Shown in pieces: positions 17,153-27,425 of a stretch of DNA of 64,000 bases. This DNA comes from an uncultured Candidatus Saccharibacteria bacterium (GTDB taxonomy: Bacteria > Patescibacteriota > UBA1384 > DTJR01): NCBI GenBank assembly GCA_964487045.1, contig CAZAOT010000002.1, positions 123,740 to 187,739 of the forward strand, read 5' to 3'. Position 1 is the first letter of the stretch; each line of letters begins with the position of its first letter. A program made the translations under genes and the position numbers. Under the pieces are notes generated by a model. The model saw only the letters and a program-made list of their open reading frames with translations, made no database searches and was not told the origin of the DNA.

Positions 17153-19141
17153 CTAATTTTGACTTTCTTCGGGTTTCTGGTTTTGCGCTTCGGATTTTAT
17201 CTTTTCTATGTATTTACACTTTGGATAAGCGCTACAGCCAATAAATGGTCCGAAACGTCCTGAAGCAATTTTTAGAGGCGCAGAGCAATTTGGACATTTT
17301 CTCCCATCGATCGCTTTCTCACCTTCGTCAATCTTGCTCTGGGTTTTTTCGTCGATATAGTTTCGTGTATATCGACATTCGGGGAAACCAGTACAAGCAA
17401 TAAATTTGCCACGTCTTGATGCTTTGATAACCAATGGCTTACCACATTCTGGACACTTTTCATCCAGTTTCTCGTCCATATCCATTTTCTCGATTTTGGC
17501 GCCCTTGTCGTCTAGCTCTTTCTTAAATGGCACATAAATCTCCTTGACCACCTCTTGCCATTTGACCTTCCCTTCAGCTACCTGATCAAGCTCATCTTCG
17601 ATCTTGGCCGTAAAATCATAATCGATAATGTCAGGAAAATTTGCAACCAAGAGATCATTAACTACAACGCCAATTTTCTCTGGCTTTAGACGTCCGGCAT
17701 CCTTAATCACATATCCTCTGTCCTGAATGGTAGAAATTGTCGGAGCATAAGTCGATGGTCGGCCAATCCCTCGCTCTTCCAATGCTTTCACCAAGGTCGC
17801 TTCTGAATATCTTGCAGGTGGTTCAGTAAAATGTTGAAATTTATCGAGTTTAACAAGATCAACTTCGTCCTTAACGGCAAGCTTTGGCAGGCTTGTTTCT
17901 GTAAGCTTCTCCGGATATAGCTCTATCCAGCCCTTATATTTGACCATCTGACCTCGTGAAGAAAATATATACGAGCTCGTTTTGACCTTTACTTCGACGA
18001 TGTCTAGTACTGCTTCCTTCATCTGTGAAGCCAAAGCTCTTCTCCAAATAAGATCGTAAAGTTTCTTGGCCTTAGGTTCGGCCGAAATTGATTCAGCAGT
18101 TTTTTCTACACTTGACGGTCTAATTGCTTCGTGAGCTTCTTGAGCATTTTTTGATTTTGACTTATAGAACTTTGGTGCCTCCGGCAAAGATTTTGGATAT
18201 TCCTTAGAAATATAATCTCTAAAACTTTTGATCGCGTCTTGTGAAATATTAACCGAATCTGTTCTCATATAGGTGATTAAGCCTGCCTCGTACAAAGTCT
18301 GAGCAAGCTTCATCGTCTGCTTAGCCGAAAAACCGAGTCTTGAAGACGCATCTTGTTGTAAGGTAGAGGTCGTAAATGGTGCGTAAGGATGTCTTTTTTC
18401 TTCCTTCTCCTGAAGATCAACTATCTCGTATTTTCCTTTTTCAAGTTTTTTTAATATTTCTTGAGCTTCTTTTTCATTTTTAATCGTCAATTTTTCAATT
18501 TTTTTGCCGTCAGCTTCGATCAGCTTTCCACTGAATTCTTTCTTATCCTTAGAAAATACAGATTCAATACTCCAAAATTCCTCTGGCTTGAAGCCTTCGA
18601 TCTCACGCTCTCGATCAACAACCAATCGCACTGCAACCGACTGAACTCTTCCAGCTGACAACCCTTTGTAAATCTTCTTCCATAAAAGCGGGCTTAAATT
18701 GTAACCAACTAGTCGATCGATTATTCTCCTACCTTGCTGGGCATCAACTAAATCCATGTTTAGCTCACGAGAATTATCAATTGCCTTTAGAATTGCAGCT
18801 TTTGTGATTTCGGAAAAAGTAATTCTTTTGTATTTGCCCTTCTTCAAATTGAGCGCCTCAGAGATATGAAAAGAAATTGCCTCACCTTCGCGATCAAGGT
18901 CGGTTGCGAGAAAGATTTCGTCAGCTCCGCTTGCCAGTTTTTTCAAAGTTGAAATGGTCTTCTTGCTCTTAGTCGGAATTATATATGTCGGCTCGAAATT
19001 TTTATCGACATCGACGCCAATTTTCGATGCAGGCAGATCACGAACATGACCATACGAAGCCGTCACGACATAGTCGCTTCCTAAATATTTATTGATGGTA
19101 CCAGCTTTCGCTGGAGACTCTACTATGACTAATTTTTTCAT
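17153..19141 (-). CDS. topA: DNA topoisomerase I
   Basis: N-terminal Toprim MKKLVIVESPAKAGTINKYLG and C-terminal C4 zinc ribbons (CPECGKPL..., CPNCSAPL...). Confidence 0.9.
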   Translation of the reverse strand: MKKLVIVESPAKAGTINKYLGSDYVVTASYGHVRDLPASKIGVDVDKNFEPTYIIPTKSKKTISTLKKLASGADEIFLATDLDREGEAISFHISEALNLKKGKYKRITFSEITKAAILKAIDNSRELNMDLVDAQQGRRIIDRLVGYNLSPLLWKKIYKGLSAGRVQSVAVRLVVDREREIEGFKPEEFWSIESVFSKDKKEFSGKLIEADGKKIEKLTIKNEKEAQEILKKLEKGKYEIVDLQEKEEKRHPYAPFTTSTLQQDASSRLGFSAKQTMKLAQTLYEAGLITYMRTDSVNISQDAIKSFRDYISKEYPKSLPEAPKFYKSKSKNAQEAHEAIRPSSVEKTAESISAEPKAKKLYDLIWRRALASQMKEAVLDIVEVKVKTSSYIFSSRGQMVKYKGWIELYPEKLTETSLPKLAVKDEVDLVKLDKFQHFTEPPARYSEATLVKALEERGIGRPSTYAPTISTIQDRGYVIKDAGRLKPEKIGVVVNDLLVANFPDIIDYDFTAKIEDELDQVAEGKVKWQEVVKEIYVPFKKELDDKGAKIEKMDMDEKLDEKCPECGKPLVIKASRRGKFIACTGFPECRYTRNYIDEKTQSKIDEGEKAIDGRKCPNCSAPLKIASGRFGPFIGCSAYPKCKYIEKIKSEAQNQKPEESQN

Positions 19142-19329
19142 AACTTTTCCTTAGGTCGTCTAGCAAATATCACTTTGGCTGCAAATCTCCATATTTGGCT
19201 GCAAATTCCCAAAAACTCCTCCGCTTATCTCCCCGGATAAACATCGTCGTTTTTGAAAATTTTCGCTCAAACCTGTCGCTTTTCGCTATCAAAGCTATAT
19301 TTGCCAGCCGACCTATAAATCTTACTTAA

Positions 19330-20190
19330 TTATTCCTGTAAATCAATAGCGCTAGTTAAAAAATATTCCCCATCGCTATTTTTTGACACTACGCTTTTAA
19401 GCTCAAGTGAGGTCAAAAGTACCATCACTTGGCTAGGCGACAATTCGACTTCGCTTATGATTTTATCAAAACTTTTAGATGAAGAGCTAATCGATGAGAT
19501 AATTCTTGTCTCATCGGTGTTTAGTTCAAGCTTAAGCTGTCCATCTTCACCTTCTATTCCTAGATCTTCTAATATAATACTCGGATCGCTCAGGCAAATC
19601 GCCCCCGAGCTAATTAATTTATTAGTTCCCTTAGAGTTTAAGCGATCAACATCTCCAGGCAAGGCGTAAACTTGTCGGTTGAAGTCTGCAGCTAGATTGG
19701 CCGTTATAAGCGCTCCTGACTTCTCTTGCGCCTCAATAACTATCGTGGCAATAGACAGTCCTGCCACAATTCTATTGCGAAGAGCGAAATTTGTTGCAAA
19801 AGTCGTCGAGCCTTTTGGATATTCGGAAATTATCAGGCCACCCGATTTTATGATCTCTCTGGCTAATTGTTCGTTTGTGCGAGGCTCAAACTGATCAATA
19901 GCTGAGCCGAGCACAGCAATCGTCTTGCCATTAGCCTCCAGTGCACCGCGATGTGCGCTAGCATCAATCCCAAGAGCCAGACCAGAAACAATCACTACGC
20001 CCGACTGGGCTAGCTTCTTTGAAATCGACCGAGCGTTTTTAAGCCCATAGTCACTTGCTCGCCTTGAGCCAACAATCGCAACCAAATATTTTTCATTAAG
20101 AAGATCAATGTTTCCTATTGCAAATAATTTCTGAGGGCAAGATGGAATTTGTTTTAAGATCTCAGGCGGAGTTATTTCTAAAATTTGCAT
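19330..20190 (-). CDS. dprA: DNA processing protein DprA (SMF family)
   Basis: Rossmann-like core VGSRRASDYG...IVSGLALGIDASAHRGAL; 286 aa. Confidence 0.85.
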   Translation of the reverse strand: MQILEITPPEILKQIPSCPQKLFAIGNIDLLNEKYLVAIVGSRRASDYGLKNARSISKKLAQSGVVIVSGLALGIDASAHRGALEANGKTIAVLGSAIDQFEPRTNEQLAREIIKSGGLIISEYPKGSTTFATNFALRNRIVAGLSIATIVIEAQEKSGALITANLAADFNRQVYALPGDVDRLNSKGTNKLISSGAICLSDPSIILEDLGIEGEDGQLKLELNTDETRIISSISSSSKSFDKIISEVELSPSQVMVLLTSLELKSVVSKNSDGEYFLTSAIDLQE

Positions 20191-20322
20191 TAGTTAAATT
20201 TTAAAGAGAAATGCTATTAAACGCAAAAGGGACCGGTTTAATAGAAAGAATTTTCCTATCCAGTCCCTGCATTTCCAAGCAATATCTTTTAAGTTTTGGC
20301 TAATTGTCAATACAGGAGAAAC

Positions 20323-20350
20323 AAAAAACACCCCGTTAGGAGTGTTTTTT
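20323..20350. terminator. rho-independent terminator downstream of the 20438..21721 gene
   Basis: AAAAAACAC-cccgttagg-AGTGTTTTTT. Confidence 0.5.
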
Positions 20351-20437
20351 GCGAGCCGGGTGATCCCCCTCGCTCGTAAGATGACTGAACCAATTTTTTT
20401 TTATACTGTCAACACAGAACAAAATCCGAAAATCTGG

Positions 20438-21721
20438 CTAATAACAGGGGTAAGCGGGCTTTTTGGCCCAATTTTCTATTTTACCGGGCCAGACATAAAT
20501 CCACAGACCACTCTTTGCTTTAGCATAACTTGATTCGTTTAGAAGCGGATTAGTGTTTGAGCAGCCAGTATAATTCTGATCTTTACCAGTAAGAAGTCTA
20601 AACGCTGTGCAGGCCGTCAGTGACTTATCATCAACTACATTATAAATCCACTTATAAACCATATTATCTTCCTTAAGAAATCTAAGTGGTGTATTTTGAG
20701 CAATACATAGGCCTGCGCTATTTTTATAGGTTATTAAAATATCACCTAAGTACGAGATATCATTCATCCAGATGAAATTCCACCCTGATTTCACAATGGC
20801 CTTATTATTCGATGAATATGGAAGGTTAATTTTATCGACGTATTTATCAATTGGGGTAAAAACGTAATATGCCTTATTCGCTTCAAATAAATATTCCCCA
20901 GATGTAATCTGATCCCAAGATTTAGCTGTCGGATTAAAATTTAAAATGGTCATACCATTTTGCGAGAAAACACTTGTCTGCACATCTTGATTGAAACCAA
21001 TTTGCGTATAGCCAGCTTCATACAGATCTTTATTGGACACGGCGCTTGGGACAGCGCTAGCAGTTACGACTGAAGGAGAAGGGCTAGGGTTAGGCGTTAT
21101 AGTAACCCCGGTTCCAGTAACAATAATTTTTTGAGTATACCAGGCGCTTAAACCATCAGCATAAAATAGAGGCCAATACTCCCCTGGTTGAGTATATGTA
21201 CAAGTAGTGGTGTAAGTCATTGGCACAGTTGTGCTCCAAAACTGAGCGACCGATTGATCGTAATTTTCAGACTGAAGGTAGGTGTATGTCATACCGTTAT
21301 GCCCGTCCTGAATATCCGAAGGTGGAAATGGCTGTCCGTCCTGGAAAATTGCATCAGGTGGTTCGAATAGTCCAGTCGGATAATTAAGCCCGGGAACAAA
21401 AGGTTTGTTGCAGAAAAATCTTCCGGTGATTTTGGGATTGGTCATTCCTGATCCCCCGCCCTGACCGTTGCTCCCCATCCCAACAAACATCCATCTAGCC
21501 GCAGCAACTCGAAATGTAATCTGGACAGGTGCATTCCATGAAGAAACAGGATTTATCTGAAACCTTGCCTGATCCATTCCAATACTTTTCTTAACTTCAC
21601 CTGTCAAATCAGCACTAGCAGGGTTCTTCAAAAAATAAATGTAACCCACAATTATTGCTGCAACAAGAATAAGTGTAGTAAGAATAATCTTTTTATTTAA
21701 AACGCCTTTTCTTTTTTTCAT
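20438..21721 (-). CDS. secreted/membrane-anchored protein sharing a roughly 190-aa C-terminal domain with the upstream giant protein
   Basis: N-terminal TM. The C-terminal region aligns with that of 21737..25705 through NKAYY, GWNF(I/V)W, C(T/Q)AF(R/S)LLTG, GCS(N/E)TNPLLNE, K(S/K)GLWIY and NWA(K/G)K. Confidence 0.6.
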   Translation of the reverse strand: MKKRKGVLNKKIILTTLILVAAIIVGYIYFLKNPASADLTGEVKKSIGMDQARFQINPVSSWNAPVQITFRVAAARWMFVGMGSNGQGGGSGMTNPKITGRFFCNKPFVPGLNYPTGLFEPPDAIFQDGQPFPPSDIQDGHNGMTYTYLQSENYDQSVAQFWSTTVPMTYTTTCTYTQPGEYWPLFYADGLSAWYTQKIIVTGTGVTITPNPSPSPSVVTASAVPSAVSNKDLYEAGYTQIGFNQDVQTSVFSQNGMTILNFNPTAKSWDQITSGEYLFEANKAYYVFTPIDKYVDKINLPYSSNNKAIVKSGWNFIWMNDISYLGDILITYKNSAGLCIAQNTPLRFLKEDNMVYKWIYNVVDDKSLTACTAFRLLTGKDQNYTGCSNTNPLLNESSYAKAKSGLWIYVWPGKIENWAKKPAYPCY

Positions 21722-21736
21722 TTTCTAAATTATACC

Positions 21737-24700
21737 CTAATTGCAACTATAATTGGTCTTTCCAGCCCAATTGTTCAGATTATTTTGAAATAAATATATC
21801 CACAATCCCTTTTTGGCATCGATCGAACTAACTTCATTTAGGAGAGGATTAGTCTCGGAACAGCCTGTCGACGGCTTATTCGTACCTGTCAGAAGAGAAA
21901 AAGCCTGACAAGGAACAATTGAAGTATCATTTTGCACCACATATATCCAGCGATAAATAACTGAATCAGACCTTAGAACTCCGAGTGGTACATCTTTTGC
22001 AACACATTGCCCATTATCTTGCAAAGTAACTCTAAAGGAATCAAGATTTCTCGATGACTCATTCCAGACAAAATTCCAGCCAGGGGTTAGATTTGTTTCG
22101 GAGTTTATTTGACCAGTAGGACTTTCAATTGATGTTGCTTGATTAGAGAGAAGATAATATGCCTTGTTTGATTTTAAGTTTTCCGATTGGTTAGGTTCAA
22201 TAATATTCCATTGACGCTGAGCTTGATTTAACGAATAAACCTTTATCCCCTTTTCGCCAAATAGACTCGACTGAAAATCAAAGTTGAATCCTAAAACGGA
22301 GAATCCGGCGGGAATATTTATACTTGTAGCGGGGCTTTGAGTCGGTGATGGCGAGACACTAGGAGAGGCAGTTGGGCTTGGCGAGAAGGTTGGGCTTGGC
22401 GAAGATCCAACCGAGACTGTTGGCGTAGGTGATGCGCTCTGCGAGGAAGGAATTTCGATTTCGCCAAAAGCATAATTGGTTACACTTTCTCTTTCAGCCA
22501 CAACAACTGGGTGCCTTGTACCAGGCAGGGAATATGTATATAAAAATGATTTTATAGATTGATTAGCAGGAAGCTCCGCGATCATCCCTTTAGTCGGATC
22601 GGCAGGATCTCCGCATTGGTTTGAATTACTTAAAATAGATATATTGCTAAAATCAGGTTGACAGTCCCACCAAATTTTAACCGTGCTTGGGCCAGTTGCC
22701 GTTCCGGTTAAATTTGCGCCCAAACTCATTTGTACCGGAAAGCCCTGACCAACTCTCGTTGCCGACAAAGCAACATTTAATGTTTTATCAGGAATATCAT
22801 TTACAACCAACTGCGTATCGGCTTCTGCAGGATCAGCTCCGTCCCATTCGACTATCACCTTGGGATGATAAGTCCCAGGCATTGTATAGTCATGCGTCAA
22901 ATCCATAGTATTCACACGAACATCATCAACCTTTGCCCCATATGTGCTATCTATTGGATTACCGCAAGCAGAAGCCTGGCTGAGAGCAGCAATATCAACC
23001 CCAGGCCTATCGCAGTTCCACCAATAAGTATAGTTAACTGTAGCTTTAGCTGGGTCGGCGCCAACAGCAGTCGCAGTAAGATGAACACCATTTGCCTCTC
23101 CATCTGCAACCGCAGGATTACTAGTTAAAGTTGCTGAGAAACTAGGCTTCGTTACGACAAGCTGACCAACATAGCTAGTTGATAAATTACCATGCACTAC
23201 GATAATTTTTGGTTTTTTCGTACCAGGTGAACTATAGTTTGTTGATGTCGACTTGGTCGTAGTCAAGTTTGATTGATTTAAAAATTGATCACCCTTGCTT
23301 GCGTCTGTCGGTGGACCACAAACTGATGCCTGAGAGGCCTCGGCTACACTTGATGTAGTATTTTCACAGTTCCACCAGAAATAATATGAGTAATTACTGG
23401 AAGTATCATTTGACTCAGTTATGGCCGATAGATTGATAGTTTGACCTATTTGAGCAACCGCTGGCTCAATATTTAAATCAACATCTAGGTTAAGTGGATT
23501 TACTGATATAGCCTGCCTCGTCTCAATTGCCTGATTCCTTCTTTCGATAATAACTTTTATAGTCCTTGGTCCTGCAGGAAAAGTTTTAGTACCAGTATGA
23601 GTATTTAACAGCCCCCCACCAGTTGCATATGCACCAGTTAGCTGAAATCCATTAGCTCTTCGCTCGGCTGTATCTGTAGCTGGATCGCCACTAATTCTAG
23701 GAAGACCACAATCCGGATCGTTCATTACCTCTTGCACGGAGGTAGAAGGATTATCGCAATGCCACCAGTATGTATATGTCGTACTCGCATTTGCTGTGTT
23801 TGTATCACCAACATTAGCTGTTATAGAGATTGTCTGACCCTCTGCCCTGATGGTTGGTGTAATTGCAAGCGAAACTGACAATACACCGTTAACCTGCGGC
23901 GAAGGAGATGGACTGGGGACTACACTAGGCGATGGTGAAGGAGACGGCGTTCTACTTGGAGAAGGACTTGGCACCGGGGAAGGGGTTCTTGATGGAGAAA
24001 CGCTATGGGATGGCAATGGGGAAGGAGTCCTTGATGGCGACGGAACAGGCGAAGGAGTTCGCGATGGAGACGAGCTAGGAACCGGAGATGGCGAAGCAAC
24101 AATCGCTGGCACAACCAGATCAACATAAGCAGCCTTCTCCAAGCCATCCCTCTGAACAATTACCTTTGGCTTATACGTTCCTGGAGCATAACCATGTGTT
24201 ACTGTAACCGAGTTTGCCGTCTGATTAACAAAACGACGATAATATGTTGGATCAGTGCTTCCACACAAGAGAAGTGTACCAGTAAAACTGTCTAGACCTT
24301 GATTGCAATTCCACCAAATATTGAAATTTTGATCAGTCTCTGTTTGCCAACCACTTTGCGATGCAATCAAGTCATATTGTCTCTTTCCACTAACTATTGA
24401 ATTCTTATTTACTGCTTGAATTAGTGGCACTAAGGTCGGTGCATTCGAGACAGTCAAATCGAAAGATTTTGTTGCTGTAGCACCGCCCTGCTCAATAATC
24501 ACTTTAGGCTTATAAATGCCGGCTTGTGAATATTTATGTGTTGTTGATTTATAGATTGACACTGCTGAAACGCCGTCAAATTTTGCACCAATTGTTGCAT
24601 TAGTTGGATCTCCACACGCTCTAACTGCGTCTGCATATATATTGGTAGTTGTATTGCAATGCCACCAGAAAGAATAATTGACAGTGTTTATAACATTATT

Positions 24701-25705
24701 TGAACCAGCATAAGCTGTTAGAGTAGCGGTTTGGGAATTATTTGGTTTCGTAGGATTAGACGAAAAAGTAGGATTTAAAGTTGTAACTGGATCCTTGATA
24801 GTAATTTGATTTGTTGCATATTTGTAGCCATTTGTAGTATTTAAATTCATCTGGTTATCAACTCGCGCTTCTCTGGTATATGTACCCGCACGCGTATAGG
24901 TACAACCCTGGCTAAAGGTATACGGACTACCATGGTAAGGGAAGCTTGTATTTGTACCTGTGCAATATCCGAGTGAATCTTTGGCGCAGCACAAATTATA
25001 ATGAAACTGATAATGAGTATCCGTTCCACCCCCATATCCATAAAATGGCACCCATGCACCTGCGACCGTGGTAGACGGAATCATGACTGTCGCAGTTAGT
25101 GTGTCCGTAAAAGGAGCTGTCGCAGTTGAGGCAGAACCAGTTAAATTTAATTTATAATTAGTAAGCGGAGAAGCAGTTTTTGAAGCTGTTGGACTAGGAG
25201 TAACAGCAGCGTTAGTTTTAAGATTAGTCGATGACCAAGCTGCATAGCCTGCATGCTCAACAACAACGATCGGCTGATACGTTATTCCTTTTCCTGAGTA
25301 AGTACATGCGTTGGTAAGGTTTAGAGTCTGAGTGACTGGAATATTTTCTTTCTTAACTGAATAGCCACTTCTCAAGTCCACCTGCAAGCCTGGATACTGA
25401 AACACCGGTGCCCCCGGACCAACAAAGGTTAAATACATTGGGGTATCACAATATAAGCTAACCGTCATCGTTCCTGTATTCATGCTCGAACCCATCGTTC
25501 TAACCGAAAAGGAAGTAACGACAGGCGCATTTAAACTCGTGGGTGTCGGGCTAACAGTCAAAATGGTATTTAGCGCCGTTAAATTAGTTCCGCTATTTGC
25601 TGCTTTTGCATAATCAGGAAGTAGTACCGTAGTAACAACAAGCAGAACACATAAACAAATTAGTGCTCTAAGAAAATTAAGCCTCTCAATTCCCCTCTCT
25701 AGCAT
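21737..25705 (-). CDS. giant (1322 aa) membrane-anchored surface protein with at least six repeats of about 100 aa carrying a WWxC motif, a Pro/Ser/Thr linker, and the shared C-terminal domain
   Basis: N-terminal signal anchor. Repeats carry (Y/N)(S/T/I)(F/Y/I)WW(H/N/D)C...CG(D/N/P)P...Y.PK(V/I)I(V/I)E. Low-complexity [16 protein letters not shown]... at about 23880-24110. The C-terminus is paralogous to the next gene. Confidence 0.7.
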   Translation of the reverse strand: MLERGIERLNFLRALICLCVLLVVTTVLLPDYAKAANSGTNLTALNTILTVSPTPTSLNAPVVTSFSVRTMGSSMNTGTMTVSLYCDTPMYLTFVGPGAPVFQYPGLQVDLRSGYSVKKENIPVTQTLNLTNACTYSGKGITYQPIVVVEHAGYAAWSSTNLKTNAAVTPSPTASKTASPLTNYKLNLTGSASTATAPFTDTLTATVMIPSTTVAGAWVPFYGYGGGTDTHYQFHYNLCCAKDSLGYCTGTNTSFPYHGSPYTFSQGCTYTRAGTYTREARVDNQMNLNTTNGYKYATNQITIKDPVTTLNPTFSSNPTKPNNSQTATLTAYAGSNNVINTVNYSFWWHCNTTTNIYADAVRACGDPTNATIGAKFDGVSAVSIYKSTTHKYSQAGIYKPKVIIEQGGATATKSFDLTVSNAPTLVPLIQAVNKNSIVSGKRQYDLIASQSGWQTETDQNFNIWWNCNQGLDSFTGTLLLCGSTDPTYYRRFVNQTANSVTVTHGYAPGTYKPKVIVQRDGLEKAAYVDLVVPAIVASPSPVPSSSPSRTPSPVPSPSRTPSPLPSHSVSPSRTPSPVPSPSPSRTPSPSPSPSVVPSPSPSPQVNGVLSVSLAITPTIRAEGQTISITANVGDTNTANASTTYTYWWHCDNPSTSVQEVMNDPDCGLPRISGDPATDTAERRANGFQLTGAYATGGGLLNTHTGTKTFPAGPRTIKVIIERRNQAIETRQAISVNPLNLDVDLNIEPAVAQIGQTINLSAITESNDTSSNYSYYFWWNCENTTSSVAEASQASVCGPPTDASKGDQFLNQSNLTTTKSTSTNYSSPGTKKPKIIVVHGNLSTSYVGQLVVTKPSFSATLTSNPAVADGEANGVHLTATAVGADPAKATVNYTYWWNCDRPGVDIAALSQASACGNPIDSTYGAKVDDVRVNTMDLTHDYTMPGTYHPKVIVEWDGADPAEADTQLVVNDIPDKTLNVALSATRVGQGFPVQMSLGANLTGTATGPSTVKIWWDCQPDFSNISILSNSNQCGDPADPTKGMIAELPANQSIKSFLYTYSLPGTRHPVVVAERESVTNYAFGEIEIPSSQSASPTPTVSVGSSPSPTFSPSPTASPSVSPSPTQSPATSINIPAGFSVLGFNFDFQSSLFGEKGIKVYSLNQAQRQWNIIEPNQSENLKSNKAYYLLSNQATSIESPTGQINSETNLTPGWNFVWNESSRNLDSFRVTLQDNGQCVAKDVPLGVLRSDSVIYRWIYVVQNDTSIVPCQAFSLLTGTNKPSTGCSETNPLLNEVSSIDAKKGLWIYLFQNNLNNWAGKTNYSCN

Positions 25706-25763
25706 TAACTAAATTATATCGAAGCGCAGATTAAACGCAAACTTATGATCAGCCCCAGGGGAC

Positions 25764-25792
25764 TTGACATTTTGGGCTTTTTATGATATATT
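25764..25792 (+). promoter_or_regulatory. candidate sigma70 promoter in the non-coding region downstream of rplK
   Basis: TTGACA (25764-25769), 17-nt spacer, TATATT (25787-25792). Confidence 0.3.
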
Positions 25793-26003
25793 ATTCTCTT
25801 CATTTAAAATAAGGAGAAGTAGCAGGCAGTGTCCTCACGACGAGCTCCGATTGGGTGATTTCCCCTCCTTGCATCCAAACGTCTCGTAGTGAGGACACTT
25901 CTTACTACACTTGTATCCATCCGCATCTTAAACATTTGGCGGGTGTAAAACCTAAATCCTCTTTAGAGGGTCGGGGATCAAGTCAATGGTATGGAGGGAA
26001 AAG

Positions 26004-26035
26004 AAAAAGTCCTTGGCGAAAGCCAGGGACTTTTT
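26004..26035. terminator. terminator hairpin downstream of rplK (minus) and closing the candidate plus-strand transcript
   Basis: AAAAAGTCCTTGGC-gaaa-GCCAGGGACTTTTT. Confidence 0.55.
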
Positions 26036-26061
26036 CTATTTATATTCGCAGATAAGCTGAA

Positions 26062-26484
26062 TTAAACTATCTCTATTCCCATAGAGCGAGCTGTGCCTTC
26101 AATAATCTTCATTGCTTGTTCAACTTCTGTTGCATTTAGGTCAACCATTTTCTTCTCAGCAATTTCTCTAACCTGGTCTTTGGTGATTTTACCAACTTTT
26201 TCCTTGTTAGGTACTCCGGAACCCTTTTCCTTGCCAGCTGCCTTTAAGATCAAAACTGCGGCGGGTGGAGTTTTTAATACGAAATCAAAAGTTCTGTCTT
26301 CGTAAATTGTAATTTCAGCAGGAACAATGGTATTACCCATCTCCTTTGTTCGTTCGTTAAACTGGTTAACGAATTCCATGATATTAACTCCATGCTGACC
26401 AAGAGCTGGTCCAATTGGAGGAGCAGGATTAGCTCTTCCTGCTGGAGCTTGTACTTTTATAACTATCTTTACTTTCTTTGCCAT
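26062..26484 (-). CDS. rplK: 50S ribosomal protein L11
   Basis: [43 protein letters not shown] is canonical L11. The start is preceded by AGGAAAAAGG; the ORF track extends upstream to 26547. Confidence 0.9.
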   Translation of the reverse strand: MAKKVKIVIKVQAPAGRANPAPPIGPALGQHGVNIMEFVNQFNERTKEMGNTIVPAEITIYEDRTFDFVLKTPPAAVLILKAAGKEKGSGVPNKEKVGKITKDQVREIAEKKMVDLNATEVEQAMKIIEGTARSMGIEIV

Positions 26485-26584
26485 TTTTCTTTTTCCTTTT
26501 TCCTGGAGCGAAGATGTGAATTCTTCGAGGACCATTGGCGAGCGCACCTAGCGTGTCCGAGAAGAATTTACAGATTCGCGAATT

Positions 26585-27142
26585 TTATACTTTTTTTGCT
26601 TGCAGAAAATCGATGTTAGCCGGCGTTTCTCGGCCAAACATGTTTACTGATACCTTGATCTTTCCTTTTTCTTCATCAATTTCTGTAATTTTACCTTCAA
26701 ATCCCTTGAGCGGACCGTCATTAATCCTTACCAGGTCACCAATTGAGAATTCGATTTTGTGCTTTGGCTCTGCGATCGACATTCTTTTCTTGATTCTGGC
26801 GATTTCTTCATCACTCATAGGGGTTGGTCTTATTCCGAAACCAACGAATCCAGTAACATTTGGTGTATTTCTGACTACATACCAGCTCTCATCGGTAACG
26901 AACATTTCAACTAAAACGTAGCCAGGGAAAATCTTTTTTTCAACAACTTGTCTCTTGCCATTTTTTATTTCGATTTGCTTCTCAGTTGGAACAATTACAT
27001 CGAAAATAAAATCGTGCATACCGGTTGATTCAACTCTCTGTCGCAGACTCTCTGCAACTTGATCTTCATAACCAGCATAGGTATGGATAACATACCATCC
27101 CTTTTTACCTTCCTGTTTGATAGACTTTCCTTTTTCGCTCAT
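26585..27142 (-). CDS. nusG: transcription termination/antitermination factor NusG
   Basis: NGN domain WYVIHTYAGYEDQV and KOW GDLVRINDGPLKGFEGKITEID. Confidence 0.9.
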   Translation of the reverse strand: MSEKGKSIKQEGKKGWYVIHTYAGYEDQVAESLRQRVESTGMHDFIFDVIVPTEKQIEIKNGKRQVVEKKIFPGYVLVEMFVTDESWYVVRNTPNVTGFVGFGIRPTPMSDEEIARIKKRMSIAEPKHKIEFSIGDLVRINDGPLKGFEGKITEIDEEKGKIKVSVNMFGRETPANIDFLQAKKV

Positions 27143-27144
27143 TT

Positions 27145-27339
27145 TTATCCTATTTTGCTAATTATCGTCTTAAATAACTCAAAAAGTAAATAATCGATCC
27201 CGCCTAAAGCCGCTGTTGCTATAACCAAAGAAACAACGACAATCATCGAATCTGTATATACCCTGTTTTTATTTGGCCAAGTTATTGCTTTACTTTCTAC
27301 AATAATCGACTTGAACCAGTTTGCGAGCTTTGTAAACAT
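27145..27339 (-). CDS. secE: preprotein translocase subunit SecE
   Basis: 64 aa with a single TM and a conserved cytoplasmic segment; sits immediately upstream of nusG. Confidence 0.8.
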   Translation of the reverse strand: MFTKLANWFKSIIVESKAITWPNKNRVYTDSMIVVVSLVIATAALGGIDYLLFELFKTIISKIG

Positions 27340-27425
27340 AACAAAAATATAGGCTTTTTAACCGCTTATATCTTATACTTTTTTAGCCATTATGTCAATT
27401 GAGGTAATAGCTTCTCTCAAAGATA

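Noticed and set aside
23850-24128. Plus-strand glycine-rich ORF (92 aa)
   Set aside because: It is antisense to the Pro/Ser-rich low-complexity linker of the giant surface protein, a mirror-image artefact. The same applies to 23920..24159 and other short ORFs inside the 21737..25705 gene.
25855-26055. 66-aa plus-strand ORF in the rplK downstream gap
   Set aside because: No RBS and biased composition. It overlaps the inverted-repeat and terminator structure and is more plausibly non-coding.
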